In this document: positions 20,640 to 29,507 of the stretch, one piece after another
How positions within the stretch are numbered: position 1 is the stretch's first letter
How the letters are laid out: each line of letters starts with the position of its first letter
Assembly (NCBI GenBank): GCA_002011125.2
Contig: MTMF02000009.1
Coordinates: 1,672,989 to 1,736,988 of the forward strand
From: Candidatus Hydrothermarchaeum profundi
GTDB taxonomy: Archaea > Hydrothermarchaeota > Hydrothermarchaeia > Hydrothermarchaeales > Hydrothermarchaeaceae
DNA: 64,000 nt
Direction of reading: 5' to 3'
The notes under the pieces: model-generated
What the model was told of the DNA's origin: nothing
What the model saw: the letters and a program-made list of their open reading frames with translations, nothing else
Databases searched by the model: none
Made by a program: the position numbers and the translations under genes

Positions 20640-20765
20640 ATGGAGCAAGTATCCCCTCTACAAAGCGATGTTAAACGCCTTTACGAACTATTAGGGGTGG
20701 GGAAAAGAGGGGAAATAAAACACGCAAAGTCCGGTGGGGGAAGAGATGAAAAAAAGTATTTCTAA
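20640..20765 (+). CDS. Micro-ORF 1, 41 aa (MEQVSPLQSDVKRLYELLGVGKRGEIKHAKSGGGRDEKKYF)
   Basis: Translated by hand; strong SD AGGAGGTGA just upstream of the ATG; below the ORF-track cutoff. Confidence 0.6.
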   Translation: MEQVSPLQSDVKRLYELLGVGKRGEIKHAKSGGGRDEKKYF

Positions 20766-20892
20766 AAAAAGCTCAAGTCATATTATCCTCTGCCCAGATG
20801 AAACAAAAAAGAGAGTAAATAACTACGTCATCGTAGAAATAGAGGGAACCGGTTTTGTAGTAATAAAACAAAAAATAGACGCGGAGCTATGA
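20746..20892 (+). CDS. Micro-ORF 2, 48 aa (MKKSISKKSSSHIILCPDETKKRVNNYVIVEIEGTGFVVIKQKIDAEL)
   Basis: Overlaps the ORF1 end; GGTGGGG upstream; protein-like beta-strand pattern. Confidence 0.5.
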   Translation: MKKSISKKSSSHIILCPDETKKRVNNYVIVEIEGTGFVVIKQKIDAEL

Positions 20893-20893
20893 T

Positions 20894-21070
20894 ATGGAGG
20901 AGATTATTGAAAGAAAAAAACTTCTAGAGAAATATAGGATAAAAGAACCTGACGAAACACAGATATACTTAATACTCAGAGACTTTGTTTCAGACCCTCT
21001 TCTAGACACCGAATTCAAGAGAAAATTTCCCTCATTAACATCTATCCTGAAGCAGAGAAATAAAGGATAA
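20894..21070 (+). CDS. Micro-ORF 3, 58 aa (MEEIIERKKLLEKYRIKEPDETQIYLILRDFVSDPLLDTEFKRKFPSLTSILKQRNKG)
   Basis: ATG 1 nt after the ORF2 stop, GGAG upstream; shares LxxEFKxxFPSL with the Lrp-like protein. Confidence 0.6.
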   Translation: MEEIIERKKLLEKYRIKEPDETQIYLILRDFVSDPLLDTEFKRKFPSLTSILKQRNKG

Positions 21071-21084
21071 AATCTATAAAATTC

Positions 21085-23076
21085 TCATTTTTCTATAGGT
21101 ATTCTGCCATCAATTAGCGATTTTATTATCGTAGGATCAGCGAGGGTAGACGTATCGCCTAGATTTTCGTAATCACCTTCTGCTATCTTTTTGAGTATTC
21201 TTCGCATAATCTTACCGCTTCTAGTTTTAGGAAGCCCATTTGCAAATTGTATGTAGTGAGGGGTTGCAATAGGGCTTATCTCTTTTCTTACATGTTGAAT
21301 TAGCTCTTTTTTTAGTTCGTCCCTCTTTTCTACATCTTTTTTCAAAACTACAAAACAATATATCGCCTGACCTTTTATAGGGTGAGGCACACCTACCACG
21401 CCCGCTTCAACTACAGCATCATGAGAAACTAGTGCATTTTCTATCTCAGCAGTTCCTAAACGGTGCCCAGATACATTTATAACGTCGTCAATACGGCCCA
21501 TAATCCAAAAATATCCATCCTCATCAACCTTAGCGGCATCCCCCGTCATATATTTCCCCTTGAACTTGCTAAAGTAAATCTCTTTAAATCTCCTATTACC
21601 TTTATCACCAAATATCCCTCTCAGCATACCAGGCCATGGTTTTTTAATAACTAGGTACCCGCCTTCATTTGCTTCCGCAGGAGTACCATCTTCTTTTAAA
21701 ACTTCAGGAAATATTCCAGGAAAAGGTAATGTAGCCGAGCCGGGTTTGAGAGGGGTTGCCCCGGGTAAAGGGGTAATTAATATGCCGCCAGATTCGGTTT
21801 GCCACCAAGTATCCACTATAGGACATCGCTCTTTTCCTATTACCTTATAAAACCAAAGCCATGCCTCCGGATTAATGGGCTCTCCTACTGTCCCCAAAAG
21901 CCGTAGGCTTGATAAGTCATGCTTATTAGGCCATTCCTCACCAAACTTCATAAGGGTTCTAATCGCAGTAGGAGCAGTATAAAATATAGAAACTTTGTGT
22001 CTCTCTATTATACTCCAATATCTATCCGGATTAGGATAAGTTGGAGTACCCTCAAACATTAGCACAGTCGCTCCAGCAGATAATGGACCATAGACCATAT
22101 ATGTATGGCCTGTTATCCACCCGACATCAGCCGTACACCAGAAGATATCAGTATCCTTTATATCAAAAATATACCTAAAAGTCATATTGGCATAGACCAT
22201 ATACCCTCCAGTAGTATGTATTATTCCTTTAGGTTTCCCTGTAGAACCACTTGTATATAATATAAATAAGGGGTCTTCTGCATCCATAGGTTCCGGGGGA
22301 CATTCATCTTTGATATCGCTTGAGTGTGTTTCTTCTTCCCACCAGTAGTCGCGACCCTCCTCCATATTTACCTCGGCATTTCCTATATTTCTAACAATAA
22401 CTGACTGAATAGAATCACAGTCAGGGAGGATCTCATCAGCCTTTTCCTTTAGATGTATAACTTTTCCCGCATGATAAGCTATATCTGTAGTTATCAACAT
22501 CTTAGATTGAGCGTCTTGTATTCGGTTTTTAAGGGCTTCCGGAGAAAATGCACTAAATACAACACTATGTACCGCGCCAATTCTCGCACAAGCCAGCATT
22601 GCAATAGTCAATCTAGGTACCATTGGCATGAATATTGTAACCCGGTCCCCTTTTTTTACTCCATGTTTTTTGAGTACGTTTGCAAATCTACAAACTTCTC
22701 TATGCAACTGTAGATATGTGAACACTTTACGTTGAAGATGGCTTTCTCCCTGCCATATGAGTGCTGCCTTATTTCTCCGGTGCCCACTTAAGTGTCTATC
22801 AATACAATTATAAGACGCATTCAGCTTTCCCCCTTCATAGAACCTCACGTATGGAACAGTAAAATCATAACTTACAACTCTATCCCATTTTTTAAACCAG
22901 TCAATACATTCTGCCTGTGCAGCCCAGAAGCCTTCAAAATCTTCTTCCGCTTCTCTTTGAAGAGCACGGTATTCTTCAAGGCTTTTTATAATGGCGGTTT
23001 CCCTAAATTCTTTTGAAGGATAAAAAACTCTTTCTTCTTTTGATAAGCTCATTATGGTTTCTGGGTCTTCTTTCAT
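21085..23076 (-). CDS. acs: Acetate--CoA ligase (AMP-forming acetyl-CoA synthetase)
   Basis: YTSGSTGKPKG, VGEPINPEAW, DTWWQTE, LPKTRSGKIMRR, LGDTSTLADP. Confidence 0.96.
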   Translation of the reverse strand: MKEDPETIMSLSKEERVFYPSKEFRETAIIKSLEEYRALQREAEEDFEGFWAAQAECIDWFKKWDRVVSYDFTVPYVRFYEGGKLNASYNCIDRHLSGHRRNKAALIWQGESHLQRKVFTYLQLHREVCRFANVLKKHGVKKGDRVTIFMPMVPRLTIAMLACARIGAVHSVVFSAFSPEALKNRIQDAQSKMLITTDIAYHAGKVIHLKEKADEILPDCDSIQSVIVRNIGNAEVNMEEGRDYWWEEETHSSDIKDECPPEPMDAEDPLFILYTSGSTGKPKGIIHTTGGYMVYANMTFRYIFDIKDTDIFWCTADVGWITGHTYMVYGPLSAGATVLMFEGTPTYPNPDRYWSIIERHKVSIFYTAPTAIRTLMKFGEEWPNKHDLSSLRLLGTVGEPINPEAWLWFYKVIGKERCPIVDTWWQTESGGILITPLPGATPLKPGSATLPFPGIFPEVLKEDGTPAEANEGGYLVIKKPWPGMLRGIFGDKGNRRFKEIYFSKFKGKYMTGDAAKVDEDGYFWIMGRIDDVINVSGHRLGTAEIENALVSHDAVVEAGVVGVPHPIKGQAIYCFVVLKKDVEKRDELKKELIQHVRKEISPIATPHYIQFANGLPKTRSGKIMRRILKKIAEGDYENLGDTSTLADPTIIKSLIDGRIPIEK

Positions 23077-23196
23077 AAAATCACTCCTTTCACCGAGAAT
23101 ATATTCTTCCTTGAATTTTATTTTCTGGTTATTTAAGGTTTCACTTACAAGCCTAATATAGCAAAATTTTTAATTGTCAACCAACCTCGATTAGAT

Positions 23197-24273
23197 ATGA
23201 AAGAATCTGTAAAAATAGGAACACTTTTTGGAATTCCAATCGAACTTCACATATTATTCATTCTTCTTATGGTCTTTGTCTTCGCTATTAGTTTAATTTC
23301 TGGAAGATTAGATATTTTTGTCTACCTCTCACTCCTTTTTTTTACGGTGGTCTTACATGAATTTTCTCATTCACTCGTTGCTATGTCTAGGAATATAAAA
23401 ATAGAGAAGATAACATTATTCCCTATCGGGGGGGTTTCAGCAATGGAAAAGATGCCGGAGGATCCAAAGGAAGAATTTATGATTTCTATTGCGGGTCCTG
23501 GCCTCAATTTTTTATTCGCAGCATTGACTTACCTTATAATCGCACTAATACCTGGCGGTTCCTCAAGGATATTTCCATTCTTTGATTTTAGATTATTTAG
23601 TTTCCTCGACTTGTTAGTATTATTTTTCAAGGTAAATGTGCTCTTAGGAGCATTTAATTTATTCATCCCCGCATTACCGATGGACGGAGGGAGGGTATTA
23701 AGAGCTCTATTGGCCATGAAAATAGGCTTTAACGCCGCCACAGATATCGCAGCAGGGTTAGCTAAGTTAATTGCGATAATGATGTTCCTCTTCGGCATGT
23801 TTTTTAATTGGTGGCTGCTTGTAATATCATTTTTTGTATACGTCGGAGCATCCCAAGAACTGGAATCTATGGAGATTTCCGCTCTTTTAAAGGGGATTAA
23901 AGTAAAAGATGTTATGAGTAGTAAGGTAATATACGTCTCTGAAGATATGAGCCTAGAAGAGTTCTCCGATATAATACTGGAGCACCGACATATGGGTTAC
24001 CCTGTGATTAAAGATGGCTCGTTAATCGGTATTATAACGTTCACAGACTTAGCAAGAATACCTAAAACAAAGTGGCGAGAAATTAAAGTGGGAGATGTAA
24101 TGTCAAAGGATGTAGTTACCGTATCGCCAGAGGATAATACTATCGATGTGCTCACCAAAATGATGAAGCTCGGTATTGGAAGAGTACCCGTGGTAAAAGA
24201 TGGTCAGGTTGTAGGGATAGTATCAAGGACTGATATAGTTAGGACAGCTCAAGTTCTAAAACTCCGGAGATGA
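23197..24273 (+). CDS. Site-2 protease (M50) with CBS pair
   Basis: HEFSH, AGP, FNLFIPALPMDGGR, two CBS domains. Confidence 0.92.
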   Translation: MKESVKIGTLFGIPIELHILFILLMVFVFAISLISGRLDIFVYLSLLFFTVVLHEFSHSLVAMSRNIKIEKITLFPIGGVSAMEKMPEDPKEEFMISIAGPGLNFLFAALTYLIIALIPGGSSRIFPFFDFRLFSFLDLLVLFFKVNVLLGAFNLFIPALPMDGGRVLRALLAMKIGFNAATDIAAGLAKLIAIMMFLFGMFFNWWLLVISFFVYVGASQELESMEISALLKGIKVKDVMSSKVIYVSEDMSLEEFSDIILEHRHMGYPVIKDGSLIGIITFTDLARIPKTKWREIKVGDVMSKDVVTVSPEDNTIDVLTKMMKLGIGRVPVVKDGQVVGIVSRTDIVRTAQVLKLRR

Positions 24274-24276
24274 ATT

Positions 24277-25113
24277 ATGAAGGGAGAAGCGGCGGCACTG
24301 CTTGCTGCCCTCTCGTGGGCTATAGCATCTGTTCTCTATAAGAAAGGTCTCTACAAGATTGAGCCTTTTCCTGCTAACATCGTTAGACTTGTAATTGGTA
24401 CCTTTTTTGTTACATTCTCTTATATTCTTGTTAAAGGACTAGATTTCCAAGCATCTTTAGAACCTCTACTTTATGTGGTTGCTGGAGGATTGGTTGGACT
24501 AGGGCTAGGAGACCTACTTTTTTTAAAGAGCTTAAAATATGCTGGAGTTTCAAGAGCTGTTCCTATCTCAAGTACTTACCCCTTATTCACAATCCTCTTT
24601 TCTACCGTATTGCTTAAAGAGAAAGCATATGTTTCAACAGTACTAGGAACATGCCTCATAGTGGCAGGGATATGGCTTCTTCATGAAAAGACAGATAGCG
24701 AAAATCAACAATCCGGGATTTTATTTGCAATTGGTACTGCTATCACTTGGGCATTTTCTATTTATCTTACATCCTTTGGATTAAGGTCAGTGGAACCATT
24801 CCTCGCCACTACTATCAGACTTCCGCTAGTACTGCTTTTCCTCTCTATCATATTTTATTCTACGGGCGGAAGGATCACTCCTGAAAAGATATCCTTCGCA
24901 TATTTAGGGATCGCAAGTGTACTAGCTCTGGGAGTAGGCAGTTTTTTATTTCTATATAGTATTACCCTGATTCAGACTGCAAGAGCCACTTCTTTATCAT
25001 CTGTAATCCCTTTGTTTTCTACAGTATTTGCGATAATTTTTTTAAAAGAGAGGGTTACCTTAAGGATGACCATAGGGATACTATCTATTGTGATCGGGAT
25101 TTGGTTGTTATGA
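24277..25113 (+). CDS. DMT/EamA family transporter
   Basis: 10-TM duplicated EamA pattern, LLKEK / FLKER. Confidence 0.88.
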   Translation: MKGEAAALLAALSWAIASVLYKKGLYKIEPFPANIVRLVIGTFFVTFSYILVKGLDFQASLEPLLYVVAGGLVGLGLGDLLFLKSLKYAGVSRAVPISSTYPLFTILFSTVLLKEKAYVSTVLGTCLIVAGIWLLHEKTDSENQQSGILFAIGTAITWAFSIYLTSFGLRSVEPFLATTIRLPLVLLFLSIIFYSTGGRITPEKISFAYLGIASVLALGVGSFLFLYSITLIQTARATSLSSVIPLFSTVFAIIFLKERVTLRMTIGILSIVIGIWLL

Positions 25114-25760
25114 GGCCTTATGTTATTTTAAATGCAGGAATGACCCTTGATGGAAAAATTGCATCAAAGTCCAGAAACTCTGAGATATCTGGATCCGAAG
25201 ACTTAATGCGCGTGCACGAGCTTCGAAAGAAAGTTGACGCCATTATGGTAGGGATAAATACTGTCATAGTAGATAATCCCCGCCTTACAGTACACAAAAT
25301 CCCCGGTAAAAAAAAGGATAATCCCATACGGATAGTTGTAGACAGCAAAGGAAGGACTCCCTTATCCTCAAGAGTACTAAGCGGGGAAGCCGAAACAATA
25401 ATAGCGGTCTCTAAAAAGGCAGATAAAAAGAGAGTTACTCAATTGAAGAAGAAAGCTAAGGTTATAATATGCGGAAAAGATAAAGTAGATTTAAAATGCC
25501 TAATGGAGAAACTTTACGAGATGTCTATAAAAACCATCTTACTAGAGGGAGGCGGAACTCTTAATTGGAGCATGTTAAGTGGAGGATTAGTTGATGAAGT
25601 TAGAGTTGCCATCGCACCTGTGATAGTTGGCGGAGAAAAAGCTGTAACATTAGTTGAAGGCGAAGGATTTAATCTAATAAAAGAAGGTGTAAAACTCGGC
25701 CTTAAGAGAAATTATCCACTTGGTGAAGACTTTATTCTTGAATATGAGGTTTTAAAATGA
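25110..25760 (+). CDS. arfC: 2,5-diamino-6-ribosylamino-4(3H)-pyrimidinone 5'-phosphate reductase (archaeal Rib7/RibD-C)
   Basis: MTLDGKIA, DAIMVGINTVIVDNPRLT, LEGGGTLN; ATGA overlap with the previous gene. Confidence 0.9.
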   Translation: MRPYVILNAGMTLDGKIASKSRNSEISGSEDLMRVHELRKKVDAIMVGINTVIVDNPRLTVHKIPGKKKDNPIRIVVDSKGRTPLSSRVLSGEAETIIAVSKKADKKRVTQLKKKAKVIICGKDKVDLKCLMEKLYEMSIKTILLEGGGTLNWSMLSGGLVDEVRVAIAPVIVGGEKAVTLVEGEGFNLIKEGVKLGLKRNYPLGEDFILEYEVLK

Positions 25761-26890
25761 TTACTATAATTCCTACAGCACATATCTCAAAGGAAAGCGT
25801 AGAAGAGGTAAGGGATAAGATACTTGAATTAAAGCCAGATGTAGTAGCTGTAGAGCTTTGTCCGGTGAGGTATAAGGGATTAACCGAAGGTAGAGAAATA
25901 CCTATAATCGATCTAATAAAAAGCAAGAAGTCTTCCTTTGTAATTGCAAACATTTTACTTTCTTTTCTACAAAGACGGCTTGGAGAAGAAGTGGGGGTAA
26001 AGCCTGGCAAAGAGATGCTTATAGCAATTGATACTGCAAAAGAATTAGGAGTAGAGTACGCATTGATAGATAGAGATATTAAAATTACTCTAAATAGGGC
26101 CTTTTCCAAGATGACACTATTAGAAAAACTCAGGGCGATAAAAGAGATGATATATGTTTTCTCGCTTTCTGCAACAGATGTCGAAAAAGAAATAGAGAAT
26201 GTAAAGAAAGAGGAGAATTTAGAGGAAATATTGAATGTTTTTAAAAAAATATCACCAAATTTGTTTGAAACCTTAGTTACTGAAAGAGACGCATATATGG
26301 CCTCAAAGCTACTGGAACTCCAAGCAAAATATGAAAATATTTTGGTAGTAGTCGGAGCTGGTCATAAGCGTGGAATAGAGGACTATTTATCTAATCCTAA
26401 CAAGATCCCTCCCACTTCCAAGCTAGTAGAGATACCCAAAAAAAGAGTGAGTATAGGAAAATCCTTGAAATATGGAGTCCCTGCCTTCGTAATGAGCATA
26501 TTTATACTGGCACTATATCATGGAATTTCTCTTGAACAACCTATTATGAGTTGGATTCTGCTTCATTCTATTCCTACCTTCTTAATGGTACTGTTGGTAG
26601 GAGGAAGCTTTATATCAGCAATCGTAGGCATGTTAGCTGCACCTTTTACCTCTCTAAACCCTATGCTAGCGGCTGGATGGTTTGCAGGGCTAGCTGAAAT
26701 TAAAGTTAAAAAAGTAACTGTGCGAGATGTCTCGGATATCTTTAAAACAACTAGCTTTAGAGAATTGCTGAGAAATAAGGCTTTCAAAGTGCTTTTAGTT
26801 ACGGCCTTCGCAAATTTAGGTAGCTCCTTAGGAACTCTAGTATCTTTTCAAAAAATAATGCTGCCATTAATAAAAAACTTATTAGGGTGA
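25757..26890 (+). CDS. TraB/GumN family protein
   Basis: TAHISKES, PDVVAVEL, PGKEM, DRDIKIT, ERDAYMA, VVGAGH, C-terminal TM region. Confidence 0.9.
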   Translation: MITIIPTAHISKESVEEVRDKILELKPDVVAVELCPVRYKGLTEGREIPIIDLIKSKKSSFVIANILLSFLQRRLGEEVGVKPGKEMLIAIDTAKELGVEYALIDRDIKITLNRAFSKMTLLEKLRAIKEMIYVFSLSATDVEKEIENVKKEENLEEILNVFKKISPNLFETLVTERDAYMASKLLELQAKYENILVVVGAGHKRGIEDYLSNPNKIPPTSKLVEIPKKRVSIGKSLKYGVPAFVMSIFILALYHGISLEQPIMSWILLHSIPTFLMVLLVGGSFISAIVGMLAAPFTSLNPMLAAGWFAGLAEIKVKKVTVRDVSDIFKTTSFRELLRNKAFKVLLVTAFANLGSSLGTLVSFQKIMLPLIKNLLG

Positions 26891-27300
26891 GAAATATGAG
26901 AATCACAAGCTTTTTTAAATTTTATATTTTGCTTATATCTTGTTTACTGATAGTTTTCGCTGCCTTTCCTAATTTAGCTTCACTTAAAAGTGAGATCTTT
27001 CTATTTATTGCAGTAAGCCTACTCTCCCCATATATCTTTAAGGAAGCCCTTAAGGTCAGGGGAGTAAAAAAAGGGGATATTGTTCTGATCTCCATGAAAG
27101 ACGAGAGCCCTTTTGGATTTTTTATGAAGAAAACTTTCGCAAAAGCAATTTCTCATGGCAAGGTTGGAGATGTTATCGATATAGAATTTAATTCTAGAAG
27201 AGGTAAAGGCGAGATTGTCAATTACGGGGGAATATTCTTCCCGCCTGAAGTGAATCTTCTTTATTATGAGGAAAACTTTGTACAAAGGGAAGTACTATGA
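26887..27300 (+). CDS. Hypothetical membrane protein (2 TM plus small beta domain)
   Basis: Translationally coupled on both sides; start could be 26887 or 26896. Confidence 0.65.
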   Translation: MRNMRITSFFKFYILLISCLLIVFAAFPNLASLKSEIFLFIAVSLLSPYIFKEALKVRGVKKGDIVLISMKDESPFGFFMKKTFAKAISHGKVGDVIDIEFNSRRGKGEIVNYGGIFFPPEVNLLYYEENFVQREVL

Positions 27301-27842
27301 AGTTTACATTTTCTGCACGAGAAATCAAAGAATTGGCTATCTCAGCAGTAGTTTTGGCTTTCGTCTTTGCATGGTATATGCATGGGGGCGTACCCCTGCC
27401 TAGTACCGTAGCAGTATCTCTAGTAGGAGTCAGCCTTGCCTTTATCTGTCATGAGTTGTCCCATAAGATAGTTGCACAGAAATATGGATGTTACGCAGAG
27501 TATAGGATGTGGGAGAGCGGGTTGATTTTATCTTTTTTTCTTGTAATAGCACTGGGGATAATATTTGCTGCTCCAGGAGCGGTATACATAATGCCGGGAT
27601 ACTATAGTATAAGTAGGAGGGAGAATGGGGTAATATCGGCTGCCGGTGCCTCAGCAAATCTTGGACTAGCTGTGATTTTTTATATTATAGGATTTAGATT
27701 GGGTGTTATCATAAACGCATGGTTAGCTCTTTTTAACATGCTGCCTTTTCCCCCGCTCGATGGATCAAAAGTTATTGCCTGGAGTAAGCCCATCTGGCTA
27801 ACTATTTGTATAGTTGCTTTTTTTATGATGAGTATTGTCTAA
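27297..27842 (+). CDS. Site-2 protease family (M50) metalloprotease
   Basis: HELSHK, APGAV, FNMLPFPPLDGSK. Confidence 0.9.
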   Translation: MKFTFSAREIKELAISAVVLAFVFAWYMHGGVPLPSTVAVSLVGVSLAFICHELSHKIVAQKYGCYAEYRMWESGLILSFFLVIALGIIFAAPGAVYIMPGYYSISRRENGVISAAGASANLGLAVIFYIIGFRLGVIINAWLALFNMLPFPPLDGSKVIAWSKPIWLTICIVAFFMMSIV

Positions 27843-29505
27843 TAATATTGAAGATTAAGTCAACGTTAAGCTCAAAAGCAACTAGCGGCTTCTCTAGCCC
27901 CCAATTGTTTAATACAATAGGATGAATCTCCCCAACTACGCCCGCATGTTCTTTATTAATCTTGACTTCTGCCACGCGGTTAAGAATAAAACTATTGTGT
28001 TTTACTTTCTTGAGTTTATAGCTTATACCCAAGTTTCTCAATAAAGAATCAACTACAGATGAAATATCTTCATAACTTACTTTTGCATCAGTAATTACGC
28101 AGGCAAGTTTTTTAACAGTCCTAGTTGAAGTCTCCTCTTGTTCATCTATTTCTACAATATCACCCACCTCAAAAATTCTCTGCGGAAACTCTACGTGAAG
28201 ATTATAGGTTAAAAATTCTAGGAGGCTAGGAAGTAGCCAATTTCTTAATGCCGTCCAATTAGCACTAACGGGATTCTCTATTTCACAAACTCTTTCTTCC
28301 ACCAGATTCATCTTTTTGAAGAGGAAATCCTTGTTTGTTAGCGAGAATGTCAATATCTCTTGAAAACCTAGCCCTACCATAGCTTCTCTTATGGAGTCGC
28401 ATAATTCCTCTTTTTCATCTTCTTTACCTATCGTGCTGATTTTAGGAGGCTCTGGCTGAATAGAGTTTATACCATAAGCTATTGCGACATCCTCCATAAC
28501 ATCTCGCTGATGCATAATGTCATCTCTATAAGGGGGATATTTCACTACTATACTCCCGTCTTTGAAGGTAGCTTCATACCTAGCCTTAGCAAGGAGACTT
28601 ATAATATCCTCTTTAGATATTTCTAGACCCAATATTTTTTTACATTCTCGAAAATCCATTTTGAACTCCTTTAGAGTTAAATCAGGCGTTACAATCGTAT
28701 GATTAGGATATTGCACTTCAACGCTCTGAATTTCGCCTCCTCGGTCATGAAGTGCCGCTACGATTACATTTAACGCAACATTCAGCCTCTCTAGTCTCCA
28801 TCCAGTTAGCTCTATAAAGACGTTTTTTGTTTCTGGTGTTACTTTACCGGTATAGACCGAATTTATGATCGGAGGCATAGAGAGTACGTTATCCTTAGAA
28901 TCTATCATAAGGGGATATTCAGAATATTCGCTTATTATATGGCCATATTCTCTACCTTTAGGATGCAATCGGAGTATTTCAGCAGGCGTTAACTCTTCAT
29001 CAAAATCAAGGGGCACGAATTTTATTCCATCCGGCAGAACTGTTGTATATCTTATAGGAGGCACTATCTTATCGTAATCATATACGCCTATAGCGACTAG
29101 CTCTCTGTTTTTCCCATAAGTTTGATGTATTTTTTCCTGTAACTGTATTGTTTGCTTTATAGAATCATCATCAAACTCAAGGCCCTTAACAACTGCGCCA
29201 ACTGTCTTTGGCCTGATTTTTTCTACTTTTTTATCGACTAGCATTTTGATTTCTGATGTCTTAACCTCATATTTCGGTGGGCCCTCCTCAATACCATAAT
29301 GCCCTCTAAGTTCTCGAGCTATACCTTCTACACTCCACAAATCAGGTCTATTTGTATCTTTTACGTCTATCTTTACCTGCTCATCATAAAATGACTCTAT
29401 CTCCCCCTTAGCGAAAAGGATGCCTTTGTCTTCTAATTCTTCATAGGTAATGTTAAAACCAAGCAATTTACGTAGGTCCTCTAATGAAAACTCAACGGTT
29501 GGCAT
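27823..29505 (-). CDS. pheT: Phenylalanine--tRNA ligase beta subunit (archaeal)
   Basis: NRPDLWSVEGIAR, LSMPPIINS, YRDDIMHQRDVMEDVAIAYG, GEIHP. Confidence 0.96.
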   Translation of the reverse strand: MPTVEFSLEDLRKLLGFNITYEELEDKGILFAKGEIESFYDEQVKIDVKDTNRPDLWSVEGIARELRGHYGIEEGPPKYEVKTSEIKMLVDKKVEKIRPKTVGAVVKGLEFDDDSIKQTIQLQEKIHQTYGKNRELVAIGVYDYDKIVPPIRYTTVLPDGIKFVPLDFDEELTPAEILRLHPKGREYGHIISEYSEYPLMIDSKDNVLSMPPIINSVYTGKVTPETKNVFIELTGWRLERLNVALNVIVAALHDRGGEIQSVEVQYPNHTIVTPDLTLKEFKMDFRECKKILGLEISKEDIISLLAKARYEATFKDGSIVVKYPPYRDDIMHQRDVMEDVAIAYGINSIQPEPPKISTIGKEDEKEELCDSIREAMVGLGFQEILTFSLTNKDFLFKKMNLVEERVCEIENPVSANWTALRNWLLPSLLEFLTYNLHVEFPQRIFEVGDIVEIDEQEETSTRTVKKLACVITDAKVSYEDISSVVDSLLRNLGISYKLKKVKHNSFILNRVAEVKINKEHAGVVGEIHPIVLNNWGLEKPLVAFELNVDLIFNIIRQYSS

Positions 29506-29507
29506 TT

